A stretch of 64,000 bases of DNA from Octopus sinensis. Lineage: Eukaryota. Under the pieces are notes generated by a model. It was given only the letters and a program-made list of their open reading frames with translations. It was not told where the DNA came from and searched no databases. The translations under genes and the position numbers were made by a program. The stretch spans positions 45,024,464-45,088,463 of the forward strand of contig NC_043011.1 in the NCBI RefSeq assembly GCF_006345805.1, in the 5' to 3' direction. Shown here in pieces: positions 12,885 through 26,350 of the stretch. Within the stretch, counting starts at the first letter, position 1; each line of letters opens with the position of its first letter.

Positions 12885-13373
12885 TCGCTATATATATGTA
12901 TATATATGTATGTATGTATGTATATATGTATGTATATGTATGTATATATGTATGTATGTATGTATATATGTATGTATGTATATATATATGTATGTATGTA
13001 TATATATATATATGTATGTATGTATATATATATATGTATGTATGTATATATATATATATGTATGTATATATATATATTTGTATGTATATATATATATATG
13101 TATGTATGTATATATATTTGTATGTATGTATATATATTTGTATGTATGTAATATATATTTGTATGTATGTATATATATATATGTATGTATGTATATATAT
13201 ATATGTATGTATGTATATATGTATGTATGTGTGTATATATATATGTATGTGTGTATATATATGTATGTGTGTATGTATATATATGTATGTATGTATAATA
13301 TATATGTATGTATATATATATGTATGTATATATGTATGTATGTATATATGTATGTATATGTATATATGTATGT

Positions 13374-13439
<66 letters not shown>

Positions 13440-13516
13440 GTATATATATATGTATGTATGTATGTATATATGTATGTATGTATGTATGTATATATATATG
13501 TATGTATGTATATATG

Positions 13517-13555
<39 letters not shown>

Positions 13556-13820
13556 GTATATATGTATGTATGTATATATGTATGTATGTATGTATGTATA
13601 TATGTATGTATGTATATATGTGTGTGTGTGTGTGTATGTATGTGTGTGTATGTATGTATGTATGTATGTATGTATGTATGTATGTATGTATGTATGTATA
13701 TATATGTATGTATATGTACGTATGTATATGTATATGTACGTATGTATGTATATTTATATATGTATATGTACGTATGTATATGTACGTTTATATATATGTA
13801 TATATATCACATACACACAC
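12885..13820. repeat. (TATG)n/(TA)n compound microsatellite
   Basis: Direct reading; explains the MYVC/YIYI ORFs. Confidence 0.97.
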
Positions 13821-14079
13821 ATAGTACATTCAACAAGACAAGATGTTAGTGTTGTTCTTTGTTGGCAAAAAAATAATACAAACTGCTCTGTGAAACACAT
13901 ATGCATAAGCTGTGCACATATGAACATATATTTATACACACTCATGCACATACACATGTAGATACACGTACTCACAAACACATTGGATACATGTACACAT
14001 ACACACACACATGCGGATACATGTAGACATAAACACGTGCAAAAACACACATACACACACTGGATACACATACACATCT

Positions 14080-14885
14080 ACTGGTACACACATACACACT
14101 CATCTACTGATACACACATACACCTGCTGGTACACACACATCTACTGATACACACACACACACACACATCTACTGATACACACACACACACACACATCTA
14201 CTGATACACACACACACACATCTACTGATACACACACACACACATCTACTGATACACACACACACACATCTACTGATACACACACACACACACATATCTA
14301 CTGATACACACACACACACACATCTACTGATACACACACACACACACACATCTACTGATACACACACACACACACACATCTACTGATACACACACACACA
14401 CACACACACACATCTACTGACACACACACACACACACATCTACTGATACACACACACACACACATCTACTGATACACACACATCTACTGATACACACACA
14501 CACACACACACATCTACTGATACACACACACACACACATCTACTGATACACACACACACACACACATCTACTGATACATATGCACATCTACTGATACACA
14601 TACACGTGCATCTACTGATACATATGCATGCGCATCTACTGATATGCACATGCACTCTATTGATACACGTGCACACAAACTCTACTGATATGTACACACA
14701 CACATCTATTGATACACACACGCCTGCATCTACTGGTACACACACACACATCTATTGATATACACACACACACACACATCTGATATATACACACACACAC
14801 ACACACACACACCTACTGATATATACACCCACACCTTCTGATACACACACACCTACTTCTGATACACACACACACACACCTACTG

Positions 14886-14936
<51 letters not shown>

Positions 14937-14965
14937 CTGATACACACACACATCTGATACACACA
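14080..14965. repeat. (CA)n tracts punctuated by TCTACTGATA
   Basis: Roughly 30 punctuating motifs. Confidence 0.95.
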
Positions 14966-16199
14966 TAATGAAAATAAGGTAAACTACTTCTTGTATTGTG
15001 TAGTCATCAATTTTTGTTTCTCTGTTGACTGAAATTTTATAATTAACAAAATCCAACCAGCAATATAATTAAGATCAATATAAATAATTGTATGTAATTA
15101 ATAAAACAATTAATGGAGATCTGGAATAAAATTAATGGTGAGGAACATCTGTGACTGTGTGTGTGAGTGTATTTTTCATTGATATTTCATAAACCATGAC
15201 ACAGTTTAAGAAATAATTTTAAGAAATGAATTATAATTGCTTGTCTGTGTTGTTTTGTGTCATGACAACCTTCATCTTGCCAACCTACAAAGACGTTCCA
15301 ACCATGACCATACCAACCTCTATTTTTCACTATCTCACGACTGTATCTGACACTATCTTCTCTAATGGTTTTTCTGCCTTTTCTTATCTCTTTTAGTTAG
15401 CAGGGTGTGATTTGAGGGAGATACGGCTGTTATTTCTCGTGTCAATTGACTACTAAGAACAGGAGGGGGGGGGGGTAAAGTTTTTTTTTTTCTCTTTTTT
15501 GTAGTAAACTAAATTAATAATTGGTTCGTTATGGTGGGAGTGAGTGTGCCTGGCTGAGAAAAATGAAACTTAATTTTACAAATTTGTGCTTGGGTGTTCA
15601 GGATCAAACCATTATTTTCATACAGGGGTGTTTTTAGAGACTCTGTTGGTGGATCGTGTCAAATTTTAACTCTTTTGCTACTAATTCTCCTAAGACCATC
15701 TCTGGTTCTATAATACAAAATTCCTATTGTAACCAACAATATCAAACCCAAACATTCTACCAGTTTTATATCCAAACTGGCCAGATCCAGCCTCTCACAC
15801 CTACCTTATAATATCATTCAAAGCATAAGCAGTCAGGCCATTGATTAATTCAAAATGCTGTGAGTAAAGAAGCATTACATTAGACAGGGTAATCTAAATG
15901 CTTGAAGGGTTGAAGTGGTCTAAATTAAACCCCTCCATCAAATTTTCACATTAATTCTAAAGACCAGCTTAATGAGTTATTTTAGTAAATTCTTCAATCT
16001 TTCAAGAATTTACTGAAATAAAGGGAATGTCCTTCAACAGAAATATTGTAACAGAAGAGTTAAGTGCAAGCAAGGGAATCCTGTGTCCCTAATTTAGGGG
16101 TTTCTCCTAGTGTCACCCTATAAATGCACGATATCTTTCAAAATGTTATAATTTGGTTATTGACTGGAATCGTGGAAAATGCAGCACAAGGCCAAATAA

Positions 16200-16700
16200 A
16201 GGTGAGAAGTGTTGGCATCAAGAAAATAAAGGAGTATGTCTGCCAAGACATGGACATTGAAATCTTCTTGAGGGGAGAATAAGGGCAGGATGGAAGGTGT
16301 TTACCTCAATAAAGATGTGCTTAAAGAAGCTGGACAAGATGCTGTGTGCCAGTGTCTTTAACAGCCTTGTTCAAGCTGTGCTCTTTTATGGGCTACTTTG
16401 AAAAGAGAACCATGGAAAGATTCATGCTAGGAATATCATTGTGAGAGCATACAAGAGATGAAGTAATTCAAGAGAAGGGTTAGCAGGAAAGATGTGATCA
16501 GGAAATACCAGAAGCACAGGTTCTGTTGGGCTGGGCATATTGCAAGGTTGACAGACAACAGGTGGAACCACACTGTTGCTGAGTGGTATCCAAGAGATCA
16601 GAAAAGGGCCACTTGGAAGGCCTTCATGACGATGGGAAGATGATTTAATTAAATGGTTGGGGCCCAAGTTGGAAAATAAGGGCTCAATCAAAAAAAGAAA
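16200..16700 (+). pseudogene. RTE-clade LINE ORF2 C-terminal fragment
   Basis: Peptides RIRAGWKVF, KLDKMLCASVFNSLVQAVLFYG, KHRFCWAGHIARLTDNRWNHTVAEWYPRDQKR / PLGRPS*RWEDDL, with frameshifts and stops. Confidence 0.88.
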
Positions 16701-17934
16701 AATTGGAAGTGCATTGTGGCTAGTGGTGTAAAACATCCAGTAGTCTGATCAATGCAGTGATCAGATTGGATAAGACAATGTGGATCTGAATAAGTAAAAT
16801 CATCATCATCTTCGTTTAACGTCCACTTTCCATGCTAGCATTGGTTGGACGATTTGACTGAGGACTGGCGAACCAGAGGCTGCACCAGGCTCCAATCTTG
16901 ATCTGGCAGTTTCTACAGCTGGATGCCCTTCCTAACACCAACCACTCCAAGAATGTAGTAGGTGCTTTTACGTGCCACTAGCACAAGGGCCAGTCAGGTG
17001 GTACTGGTAACGGCCACACTCAAATGGTGTTAAAATCTAAAGAATAAAGGAAAACTTGAAAGCTTACCACCTTATCAGCCAATTGGTCAGTCACTGAAGT
17101 CTGTTGGTCTGTTTATTTAATCAGTCAGTCAGACCATTGTTGTACAGTGCTACACTAAGATACTACTCTAAATTTGAATGGAATAAAAGAGTTTCATAAA
17201 TAACTTACATCATGGAAGAACCATTTTAATAGCACACAAAGTTGTTTAAATTCTTTTTAAATTTAAATTTACTGTGTGAGTTGTCAAAATATTCATGTGA
17301 TCATTGTCAATGACCAGATCACATTATAACAAATTATGACACTGCAGGAAATAAATTCTAAATGAATTTTACTGCTTTGTGTATTATTAAAATAGTTCTT
17401 CCACAGTGTAATGGCTTCTGTCACAACCCACAATCTCATATCAAGTCACTAGACAAATACAGTTATACTGTTATTGTCTTCAGTATTATCATACATAGAG
17501 GGAGAAGACGGTGATCTGGTAAAATCAATAGTACAGTGGACAAGATGCTTAGTGGCATTTCTTCTGAATTATTATGTTCTGGGTTCAAATTACACCAAAG
17601 TTAACTTTGCTTTTCATCTTCTCAGGGTCAATACAATAAGTGCCAGTTGAGTACTGAAGTTGATATAACCGACTTGTCTCCTTCTTCCAAAATTTCAGGC
17701 CTTGTGTCCTATAGAAGATAGGATTATTATACTCTCTTTTACTCTCTTATTTGTTTCAGTCATTTGACTGTGGCCATGCTGAAGCACCACCTTTAGTCGA
17801 GCAAATCGACCCCGGGACTTATTCTTTGTGAGCCTTGTGCTTATTCTGTCAGACATAAACGCACCAACATCGGTTGTCAAGCAATGGTGGGAGGAGACAA
17901 ACATAGACACGAAGACACAGACACATAAATACGT

Positions 17935-17965
<31 letters not shown>

Positions 17966-19609
17966 CATATACACACACACACACTCGATGGGCTTCTTTC
18001 AGTTTCCATCTACCAAATCCACTCTCAAGGCTTTGGTCAGCTCGTAACCATAGTAGAAGACAGTTGCTCAAGGTGCCATGCTGCAAGATTGAACTCAGAA
18101 CCATGTGGTTGGGAAGCAAATTCCTTCCACACAGCCACACCTGTCACCATCATGAACTGATGTCCTTCATTTCCAATCTTCCAGAAAAAACATGTCTGGC
18201 CGTGGCGAAATATTACCTTGCTTGGAAACAGGTGACAGTTAACAACAGGAAGGGTATCCAGCTGTAGAAAAAACCCATTAAAATGATAAGGGCAATGATC
18301 TGCATCCTCCTTACAGCAACCTGATTCCTTTTTATTACTCACATGTACTTATGGCAACATTTGCCTGGGTTGAGTTGAGCCGATTCTGACCAGTGAATCC
18401 TGTTCGGAGTTTCAGAAGGAATACAAGTTCTCATGTGGGCCTCGGCCACATGCATACACACTTCAGGACAATGTAATCTGTAACAGCTCTTCTTGCTGTC
18501 GATTGTTGACCATTGCATGGGGTTCTGGCAGAATTGTTAGCACACTGGGCAAAAATGCTTTGCAGAATTTTGTCTGTCTTTATGTTCTGAGTTCAAATTC
18601 TGCTGAGGGTGTCAATAAAATAAGTACCAGTTATGCACTGGGGTTGATGTTACCAATTCACCCCACTCCCTTGATTTTGCTGGCCTTGTGCCAAAATTTG
18701 AAATCAGTATATTGCTTAATAATGACAATATAAAAATGTACATATACTATATTCGATGGTATATAAGATCTGTTGCCTTTTACTTATTTCAGTCATTAGA
18801 CTGTGGCCATGCTGGGGCCCCACCTTGAAGAATTTTAATTGAATGAATTCTGAGTTTGAAATTCTGCCATGGTTGACTTTGCCTTTTACCCTTTTGGTGT
18901 CAATAAAATAAGTACCAGTTGAACACTGGGGTCAATGTAATTGACTTAGCCTATTCTTGTGAAAAATTACTGTTCAATTATCAGAGAAGACGTAGCTTGG
19001 ATTTGAAGTGGGTTCTAGAGACATGCTTTGACAAAAGCTAAGGGGTGCCTCATTCCCAGTGGTCTTCCAGCATGCTGGATACCAACCTAGAATTTCTGAG
19101 GGCCCTTTCTCTTGCTCACTAGTTGAGCAGAAGGAGGCGGGAACTACAAAGGTCTGGTCAACCCCTTTAGCCTCCTCTGTCCCCCTTCCTCATTTTTCTG
19201 GTTCTTAGATGAATGACTACAATATTGCAGAGAGAAGGGTCAGTTGAGATAATATCAAAGCCAGTACTTGACTTCGCACTTTATTTTATTGACACCTGAA
19301 AGGCTGAAAAGCCAAGTTGACCCCCAGCTGAATTTGAACACGGATTGTAATGAATTGGATGAAATACCACCAGGCATTTTATCTGATGTTCTCAACGATT
19401 ATGCCAGTCAACAAAAGCAAGGCAAAGCAAAGCAAAACAAAAATTTCTCCCGTGGTTGTCTCTGTTACCATAACAACCACCAGCACAACCATCATCATTA
19501 TCATCATCATCATCATCATCATCACCACGTAAGGTCTTGTTTCTGACATTCACATTTGTAGTTGCTATAAATATTAAATCACAGCTGCATGTGGGTGTAT
19601 GTGTGTATT

Positions 19610-19650
<41 letters not shown>

Positions 19651-20594
19651 AGAGGGTGAGTGAGAGACCCTGCTGCATGTACACTCACATATGCACACAC
19701 ATACACACACGTACTCACAGACAATGGATTAGTGACTGACAGCAGTTCTGTGTGTGTGTGTGGTGTCCTGTTTTTTTTTCCCTTGTCTTTACAAGGCATC
19801 ACCTCTTCCACCCACGTCCAGCCACCCCTACCAAGACCATATACTCCCCTGCTACATCTGACCTCAACCCACCTCTCCCTGCCCCTCCCATCACCAACAT
19901 TACCACCACCACCACCACTCAACCACTCACCTTCTTCCCCCCCTCCACCATGCAATGCCACTGGTATCACCCATTCCCTGTCCCCCCAGCACTAGCAATC
20001 CCTCCCCACACTCAAAACACCCTCACCACTACCACCCACACACCACTAGACCATCACCATCGCTGTAGTTAACACTCACACCCCCTTCTCCCACCTCTGC
20101 CACGCGCAATGCCACAAATATCACCCATGCCCTCTCCCCAACACCAGTTCCTCCCCACACACACACACACACACACACACACCACACACACACACACGCA
20201 CTCAATCCCACCACGACCACCACCACCTCACGCATAACAACCAGCCAAACCACTGTAACTGTACAACATTGGACAATAACTGCTAATAGTTATGGATTAT
20301 TAGTTGTCTGTCTGTGCGTCTCACTGTAGACGCTGGGGGGGGGGAGGAGGGGAAAGAGGAATGGGGGGGGTGGCGTGGGTTTTATTGCCAACATAAGCAA
20401 TACCTCCTCTTCCTCCTCCTCCTTCCTTAACTTGCTTCCACTGCAGCCACCACCACTGCTACCACCGTCACCGCCGCCACCAGAAGCATCATGTTGTGAG
20501 ACATGCAGTATTATGGAACATGGAAAATTGATAGAGCTAGGGGGAGGGGGAGGGGGGGAGCTGAGCCACAGAGAAACGACTTAACTTGAATGTG

Positions 20595-20966
20595 TAAGTA
20601 TTGGTGTGTGTGTGTGTGTGTGTATGGCCTCGTTGATGTGTGTGTGGGTGTGTATGGCCTTGTTGATGTGTGTGTGTGGACTTGTTGATGTGTGTGTGTG
20701 GACTTGTTGATGTGTGTGTGTGGACTTGTTGATGTGTGTGTGTGTGTATGGCCTTGTTGATGTGTGTGTGTGTGGCTTTGTTGATGTGTGTGTGTGTGTG
20801 TGTGGCTTTGTTGATGTGTGTGTATGTGTGGACTTGTTGATGTGTGTGTGTATGGCCTTTTTGATGTGTGTGTGTATGGCCTTGTTGATGTGTGTATGTG
20901 CATATGTATGAATGGCCTTGTTAGTATGAGGTGTGTCTGTATGGCCTTGGTGTGTATGTGTGTGTG

Positions 20967-21005
<39 letters not shown>

Positions 21006-21045
21006 TATGTATGCTTGTGTGGCCTTGATGTGTGTGTGTGTGTGG
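20595..21045. repeat. (GT)n tracts punctuated by ATGGCCTTGTTGAT / GACTTGTTGAT
   Basis: Direct reading. Confidence 0.92.
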
Positions 21046-21889
21046 GGGGGGCGCTGATGGTTGTGTGTTCATGGTCTGTCAGAGGGTGGAGCTGGCAATA
21101 TATATATGCGACCCGACCCCGTGGAAGTGAGTGGACGGGGTGAGTATGTTGTCAGATGTACCTAGCTTATTAGTGTAGGTGGCCTATTAAGATGAGAGGA
21201 GGAGGAGGCTCATGGGACTCTGTGTGGTCTGTCGGAGTGGGTGTGGGGCCTTGTTTGTGTGACCTTGTCACGGGGCAGGGGTGGGTGTAGTTTGTCTAGC
21301 TGCATGTCTACAACAGCTATAAATGTGTTGAGGGTGGTGGTGGGGGGGGCAGTTTGTAGGGGTGGGGTGGGGTGTGCACCGTTGCATGGAATGTAGAGAG
21401 ATGGATCTGTTTGATGTGTACAGTGTGTTTAACTGACATTTAGACAGATCACAGGTGAGCTGAAAGTGACTGGGTATTTAAAAACTCTGTGCATGTGTGT
21501 GTGTGTGTGTGTGTGTGTGTACATATATATGTATCACCTGATATGGAAATATTGTGTGCATGATAGATAAACTGGATGTGATGTCAGTGAAGAGTAGACG
21601 CGGAAGAGGAAAGTCATTGCAGAAGGTGGTGGTGATGGGTCTGATGCCTGAATGATGATGGTGGTGGTGTTGGCAGAAGGCCTGATCTCTAACCTCCCCG
21701 CATTATGTGTGTGTGTATGAACCACAACATTATAAACCACTCTATGGTAAACGGTGTATTGATCACACTTCATTTAAAGCAGTGTGGGAACACTTGGTGC
21801 TTTATACATTTTCTGCATTTTGTCAATACACACATGTACTTGCACTTGATGTTACCATGACTTAAATATCCATGTAATATATATATATA

Positions 21890-22198
21890 TATCACCGATC
21901 ACCGTGACCGACCAGGCCATCAGATGTTGTTACACATCGCTGGTCACAATGCGCTTCGCATTGTTTTAGCCTTCAAGTGACGCCACCCCGCTGGCCAAGC
22001 GAGCAGGCCAACAGAAGAAAGAGTGAGAGAAAGTTGTGGCGAAAGAGTACAGCAGGGATCGCCACCACCCCCTGCCGGAGCCTCGTGGAGCTTTAGGTGT
22101 TTTCGCTCAATAAACACTCACAACGCCCGGTCTGGGAATCGAAACCACGATCCTACGACCGCGAGTCTGCTGCCCTAACCACTAGGCCATTGCGCCTC

Positions 22199-22202
<4 letters not shown>
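21890..22202 (-). mobile_element. SINE family D, tail type 1, full length, inside (TA)n
   Basis: Colinear with 680-980; (TA)n on both sides. Confidence 0.9.
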
Positions 22203-22234
<32 letters not shown>

Positions 22235-22741
22235 TATTATATTGTGTGTATGTGTATATATGTATTTATGATCATCATCATTTAATGTCCATTTTCCATG
22301 AAGGTATGGGCTGGACATACATAAAACATAGTCAGGAGGTGTTTGTGAGGTGAAGACAGCTTCATTTATCTTATATGACTTCTGTATGGTTATAGCAATT
22401 TCGTAACCTGCTTCGTGTAGTGTTAGTTTCAATAAGCGTAAAATTATACATACGTATTTGTATCAATATGTATGCTCAACATTATATAGTTGTATATCTA
22501 CTAATCAATGCAAATAAAGAAAGATAGCTCATCAGATCACCAGAACATCACTGTTACATCTACAGTTCAACTCTAAATAACCAGTTCAGTTCTGAATGAG
22601 ACGCTTACTGCATGATTCTCTGAATCCATATTTGTACTACTGTTACACACACACACACACACACAGAGTTGTTGATAGGTTCAAGAATTGAAAACACTCA
22701 ATACATTTGAAAGGTATGATTGTTTTTTTTTTTATATACAT

Positions 22742-22905
22742 AGGCGCAGGAGTGGCTGTGTGGTAAGTAGCTTGCTTACGAACCACATGGTTCCGTGTTC
22801 AGTCCCACTGCGTGGCACCTTGGGCAAGTATCTTCTACTATAGCCTTGGGCCGACCAAAGCCATGTGAGTGGATTTGGAATAAAGAAACTGAAAGAAGCT
22901 CATCG

Positions 22906-22940
<35 letters not shown>

Positions 22941-23135
22941 TTGTGTTTGTCTGTGTGCTTGTCCTCCCAACATTGCTTGACAACCGATGCTGGTGTTTAC
23001 GTCCCCGTAACTTAGCGGTTTGGCAAAGGAGACCGATAGAATAAGTACTAGGCTTACAAAGAATAAGTCCTGGTGGTCGATTCGCTCGACTAAAGGTGAT
23101 GCTCCAGCATGGCTACAGTCAAATGACTGAAACAC
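22742..23135 (+). mobile_element. SINE family A, near-consensus full-length copy
   Basis: aggcgcaggagtggctgtgtggtaagtagc..gttcagtcccactgcgtggcacc head, internal TA/TG microsatellite, tail gaaacacgtaaaagagt. Further copies at about 17732-18140(-), 25345-25730(-), 35115-35460(+), 35520-35870(+), 39335-39720(+), 43365-43660(-), 43670-43910(+), 47230-47600(+), 49990-50110(-), 60890-61060(-), 61490-61630(-), 62480-62660(-). Confidence 0.92.
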
Positions 23136-23612
23136 GTAAAAGAGTTAAGTGAAAGATTTCTGATCACAACTCCATTTTCATGTTGAAGGGATGATAATTG
23201 AATTGGTTTGAGGTAAACCTTCAGTCTCCTTGCCTACTTCAATTATCAGGCTCCCTTGCTGCCTATCACAAAATGCACTGAAACAGTTTAATGACTGAAA
23301 AAGATGAAGATACCTCAGCTTTGCCCCAAGCCACTTGAACATGTAGCTTGAGTTGCTGTCAGAAATCATTTTAAATTACTGCATGTGTGTAATATGCAAA
23401 TTATTGCATACTACATGCACACACAACATACATTTTCACTCAGGTTTTTTTGTGGGCTAAGTGAGAAGTGTGTGAGGGATCTCAGACTGCCTAAATGTTT
23501 ACCCTTTACCATTACCATTTCTTACGTATTTTTTATCAGTTTTGAAACCCTGGTTAAACTCCCCTAATGTCTCTAATGGTCACACTGTGGTAGGTTGTGG
23601 TCGTAGTGTTGT

Positions 23613-24180
23613 TTAACCCTGAAATGGTAGGAATGAGTTGTATGAATGTGAATATAAGGAAGAAAAAAAATCTCTTATTTATTTATTATAAGTATTTTTT
23701 TTTTTTTTTCACTTTAAATAAGCATGAAACTATGAATATTTACAATCTCATTATCATAAAGTGTTGTAAAATATTTACTTTCCTTTGCATCCGGTGTGAG
23801 CATAAATTCATTTGAGCTTCCCAGATTGTTATTGTTCAATGAATGTACAAATAGAGAAAGAAAAAAAAAAATCAGTGCACATTTTCCATCCACAACTAGT
23901 TGAAACATAATTTTTTTTCTTTCTCTATCTTGAACAGCATCATCAGCATCATCATCGGAAAGTCGGAAAAAATTTCATTGCTGCATAAAATCTTCCATCT
24001 GTGACCTGATTTCTCCCAATGATAAGGGTCACTTACGCTTAAGTGCATTCGACAAAGTAGACGTTTGGATGTCAATTTGATGATGATCATATCCACCTAA
24101 AATTTTCAAAACATCGATTGATGATGTCCGCTGTTTGCTAATGAAAGATCAATTGATGGTGTCCACCATTTAAGGGTTAA
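23613..24180. mobile_element. piggyBac-like non-autonomous element
   Basis: TTAA at both ends; TIRs CCCTGAAATGGTAG vs CCCTTAAATGGTGG (12/14); three subterminal repeats at 24071-24164. Confidence 0.75.
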
Positions 24181-24649
24181 ATGTATGACTAGTGGTTATT
24201 CTATCAATCCTCTAGCTTGTTCAACCTTTTGATATGGTTTCTTCCTTAGATGTAAAGGTAATTTATTGGGCATACCTACACAAGTGTGCCCTCCTCCTAC
24301 AGCTTTATTTCTTCATATCTTTCAGAAAAATAGAAATTTGTGTCAGTTACAGTTTTATCAGAATTCAATGTCAAATAAAAAAGATTAGTTAGCATGCACG
24401 TTATTTCAAAATTTCAAGTTTCTTTTAGATGATATATATATGTGATGTATCTCATTATGTTACGCGTGTGCACCCGCTGTTTTTTATTTATTTTCCTCTC
24501 TCTCTACATTAAATTCCAATATCATAATCTATACCATCTAAAAAGTATATTTAGAAATACCTCTCTTTCGTTAAAGTTATGAGGAAACAGTCAAGGCATG
24601 TGAATTATGTAAAACTTTCGCTCCTACTCTTGAAAAATTTTTCGCAATA

Positions 24650-25171
24650 TCTATTATATAAAATCCGTTCTGTCTGGCTGTGTGTGTCTTCTACGATCTC
24701 GGGCACCCTCCATCCGATTGTGCTCAAATTTGATATGTGGATACCAATGGTATCAGGGCATGTATAAGTCTTGAAAAAATTACAAAAATCGATTCCAGGT
24801 TAGAATGCAATCGATAAAGCCATGGGAACATGCATTTGTATGTGCAAGTATATCAGCTGTTGTGATCGATACTACGTGTATGCAAGAAAAATGCATGTGC
24901 AGTTTGCGCCAAAAAAGCCGGCTGGCTTGAAATAATGCCACAAAATGCAGTATATTTAAGAGACAAAAAAGTAAGATGCAAAAGAGATATTTTCTTCAAA
25001 CTTGGCATGAGGGAAGGAAAGACTATTTGGTTTCTCAAGAAGTTGTTTTTTTTGCCTTAACTTCGTTTAACAAAACCAAAAATTTTATTGAAATAAAGGC
25101 ATGCTTAATTATTTTTTTATGTAAAGAAACACTGATTGCTTTTTATTCAGCACTGTCCATTGGACAGGAGT
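24650..25171 (+). mobile_element. Helitron-like non-autonomous element, copy 1
   Basis: 5' TCTATTATATAAAA followed by a ctgtctgg/gtgt microsatellite; 3' hairpin CTGTCCA-T-TGGACAG at 25153-25167. Confidence 0.65.
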
Positions 25172-26029
25172 GCATTTTGCTCATATTCCAATATAATCAG
25201 AATCTACACCACCTGAAAGCTATTCGTAGAAAATTTCATAAAAAATTATGCACTTTTCTTAAAAAGTTACGAGGGAACAGTATGAGGACACAGGGCACAT
25301 TTGTGTAGGTATACTGTTCAATCAACTGCGAGTAGATTCTTATATTTTTTTTACTTGTTTCAGTCATTTTATTGCAACCATACTAGAACGCCACCTTGAA
25401 GGGTTTTAGTCAAACAGGTCGACCCCAGGACTTATTTTTTAAGCCTAGTACTTATTGATTTATTTTGCCGGCCCATTAAGTTATAGGGACATAAACATGC
25501 CACCAATGCTGGTTGTCAATGAGTATTGACATAGACATATTCAAATAGTTACATGCACACACATATACACATATGGTGGGCTTCTTTCATCCATAAAATC
25601 CACTCACAAGGTCTTGGTTGGCCTGAGGCTTTAATAGAAGACACTTGCCCAAGATGTCACACAGTGGGACTGAACCCAGAACCATGTAGTTGGGAAGCAA
25701 ACTACTTAGCACACAGCCACACCTGTGCCTATGTGTATATCTCTACAAGTTCCCCTTATTACACATCTCCCTTAACACATCACTATCCTTCAGACAGCTA
25801 TCACTCCTGCTGTAAAGTAGCAGGTACACAAACAATAGACACATGGAGTTGTGAAACACCTTTAGGTTTTGCCAAGGCCATCACTACCTCTCTAACAGTG
25901 GTCTCATGAAAAAATTCAACCAGTACACTCTGCAACATGTAACATTGTGAGGACTCTGAAGAAAAAAATGCCATCTCTGTTGCTCTTGTTGCACAAAAAA
26001 AAGCACCCAGTACGGTCCTCTCTATAAAG

Positions 26030-26350
26030 TGTTGGCAATAGGAAGAGTATGAAGCACAAAATGAAAACATAGGATATAGCCCTCCAATGCCTTTAGGTGA
26101 GTAGTAGACCTTAATATGTGTTGACCAACTGGTAAACTGTCCAGCAAGTTTAAATGGATTATGTTTTTTGGATTAATTCTCTCCAGTGTATTATTCAAGG
26201 GATATTTAGTTGCTATTTCTGGCATGTTGATCAACCATATAGGTGTTTACTTGCTGTCTTGTCCTCAAGTATTTCTCTAGTTTTGGTCAGTTGATCACTG
26301 TTGTAGAAACTGTTCACTCTCGTTTGGAGGAGAAATATTCCAATATTACA
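26030..26350 (-). pseudogene. Penelope-like retroelement GIY-YIG endonuclease remnant
   Basis: Frameshifted minus-strand peptides YLRTRQQV..DQH and DSLPVGQHILRSTTHLKALEGYI resemble the PLE pattern YVGRT.QRL..RI.QH / DSAIG.HLL / HL..LEA..I. Confidence 0.55.

Noticed and set aside
12847-14204. Long ORFs up to 325 aa (MYVC/YIYI/HTHT)
   Set aside because: Translations of stop-free microsatellite, open in several frames.
19392-20253. Pro/His/Gly-rich ORFs
   Set aside because: Low-complexity CCA/CA sequence without domain signatures.
22320-22410. Possible 87-bp minus-strand exon GYEIAITIQKSYKINEAVFTSQTPPDYVL with cag/gtatgt ends
   Set aside because: No polypyrimidine tract, no recognised homology, and the donor abuts a SINE C tail.
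22742-22820. SINE heads as functional tRNA genes
   Set aside because: No acceptor stem, and each continues directly into a SINE body.
23938-24080. Good acceptor followed by SSASSSESRKKFHCC..
   Set aside because: Lies inside the TTAA-bounded element; no partner exons.
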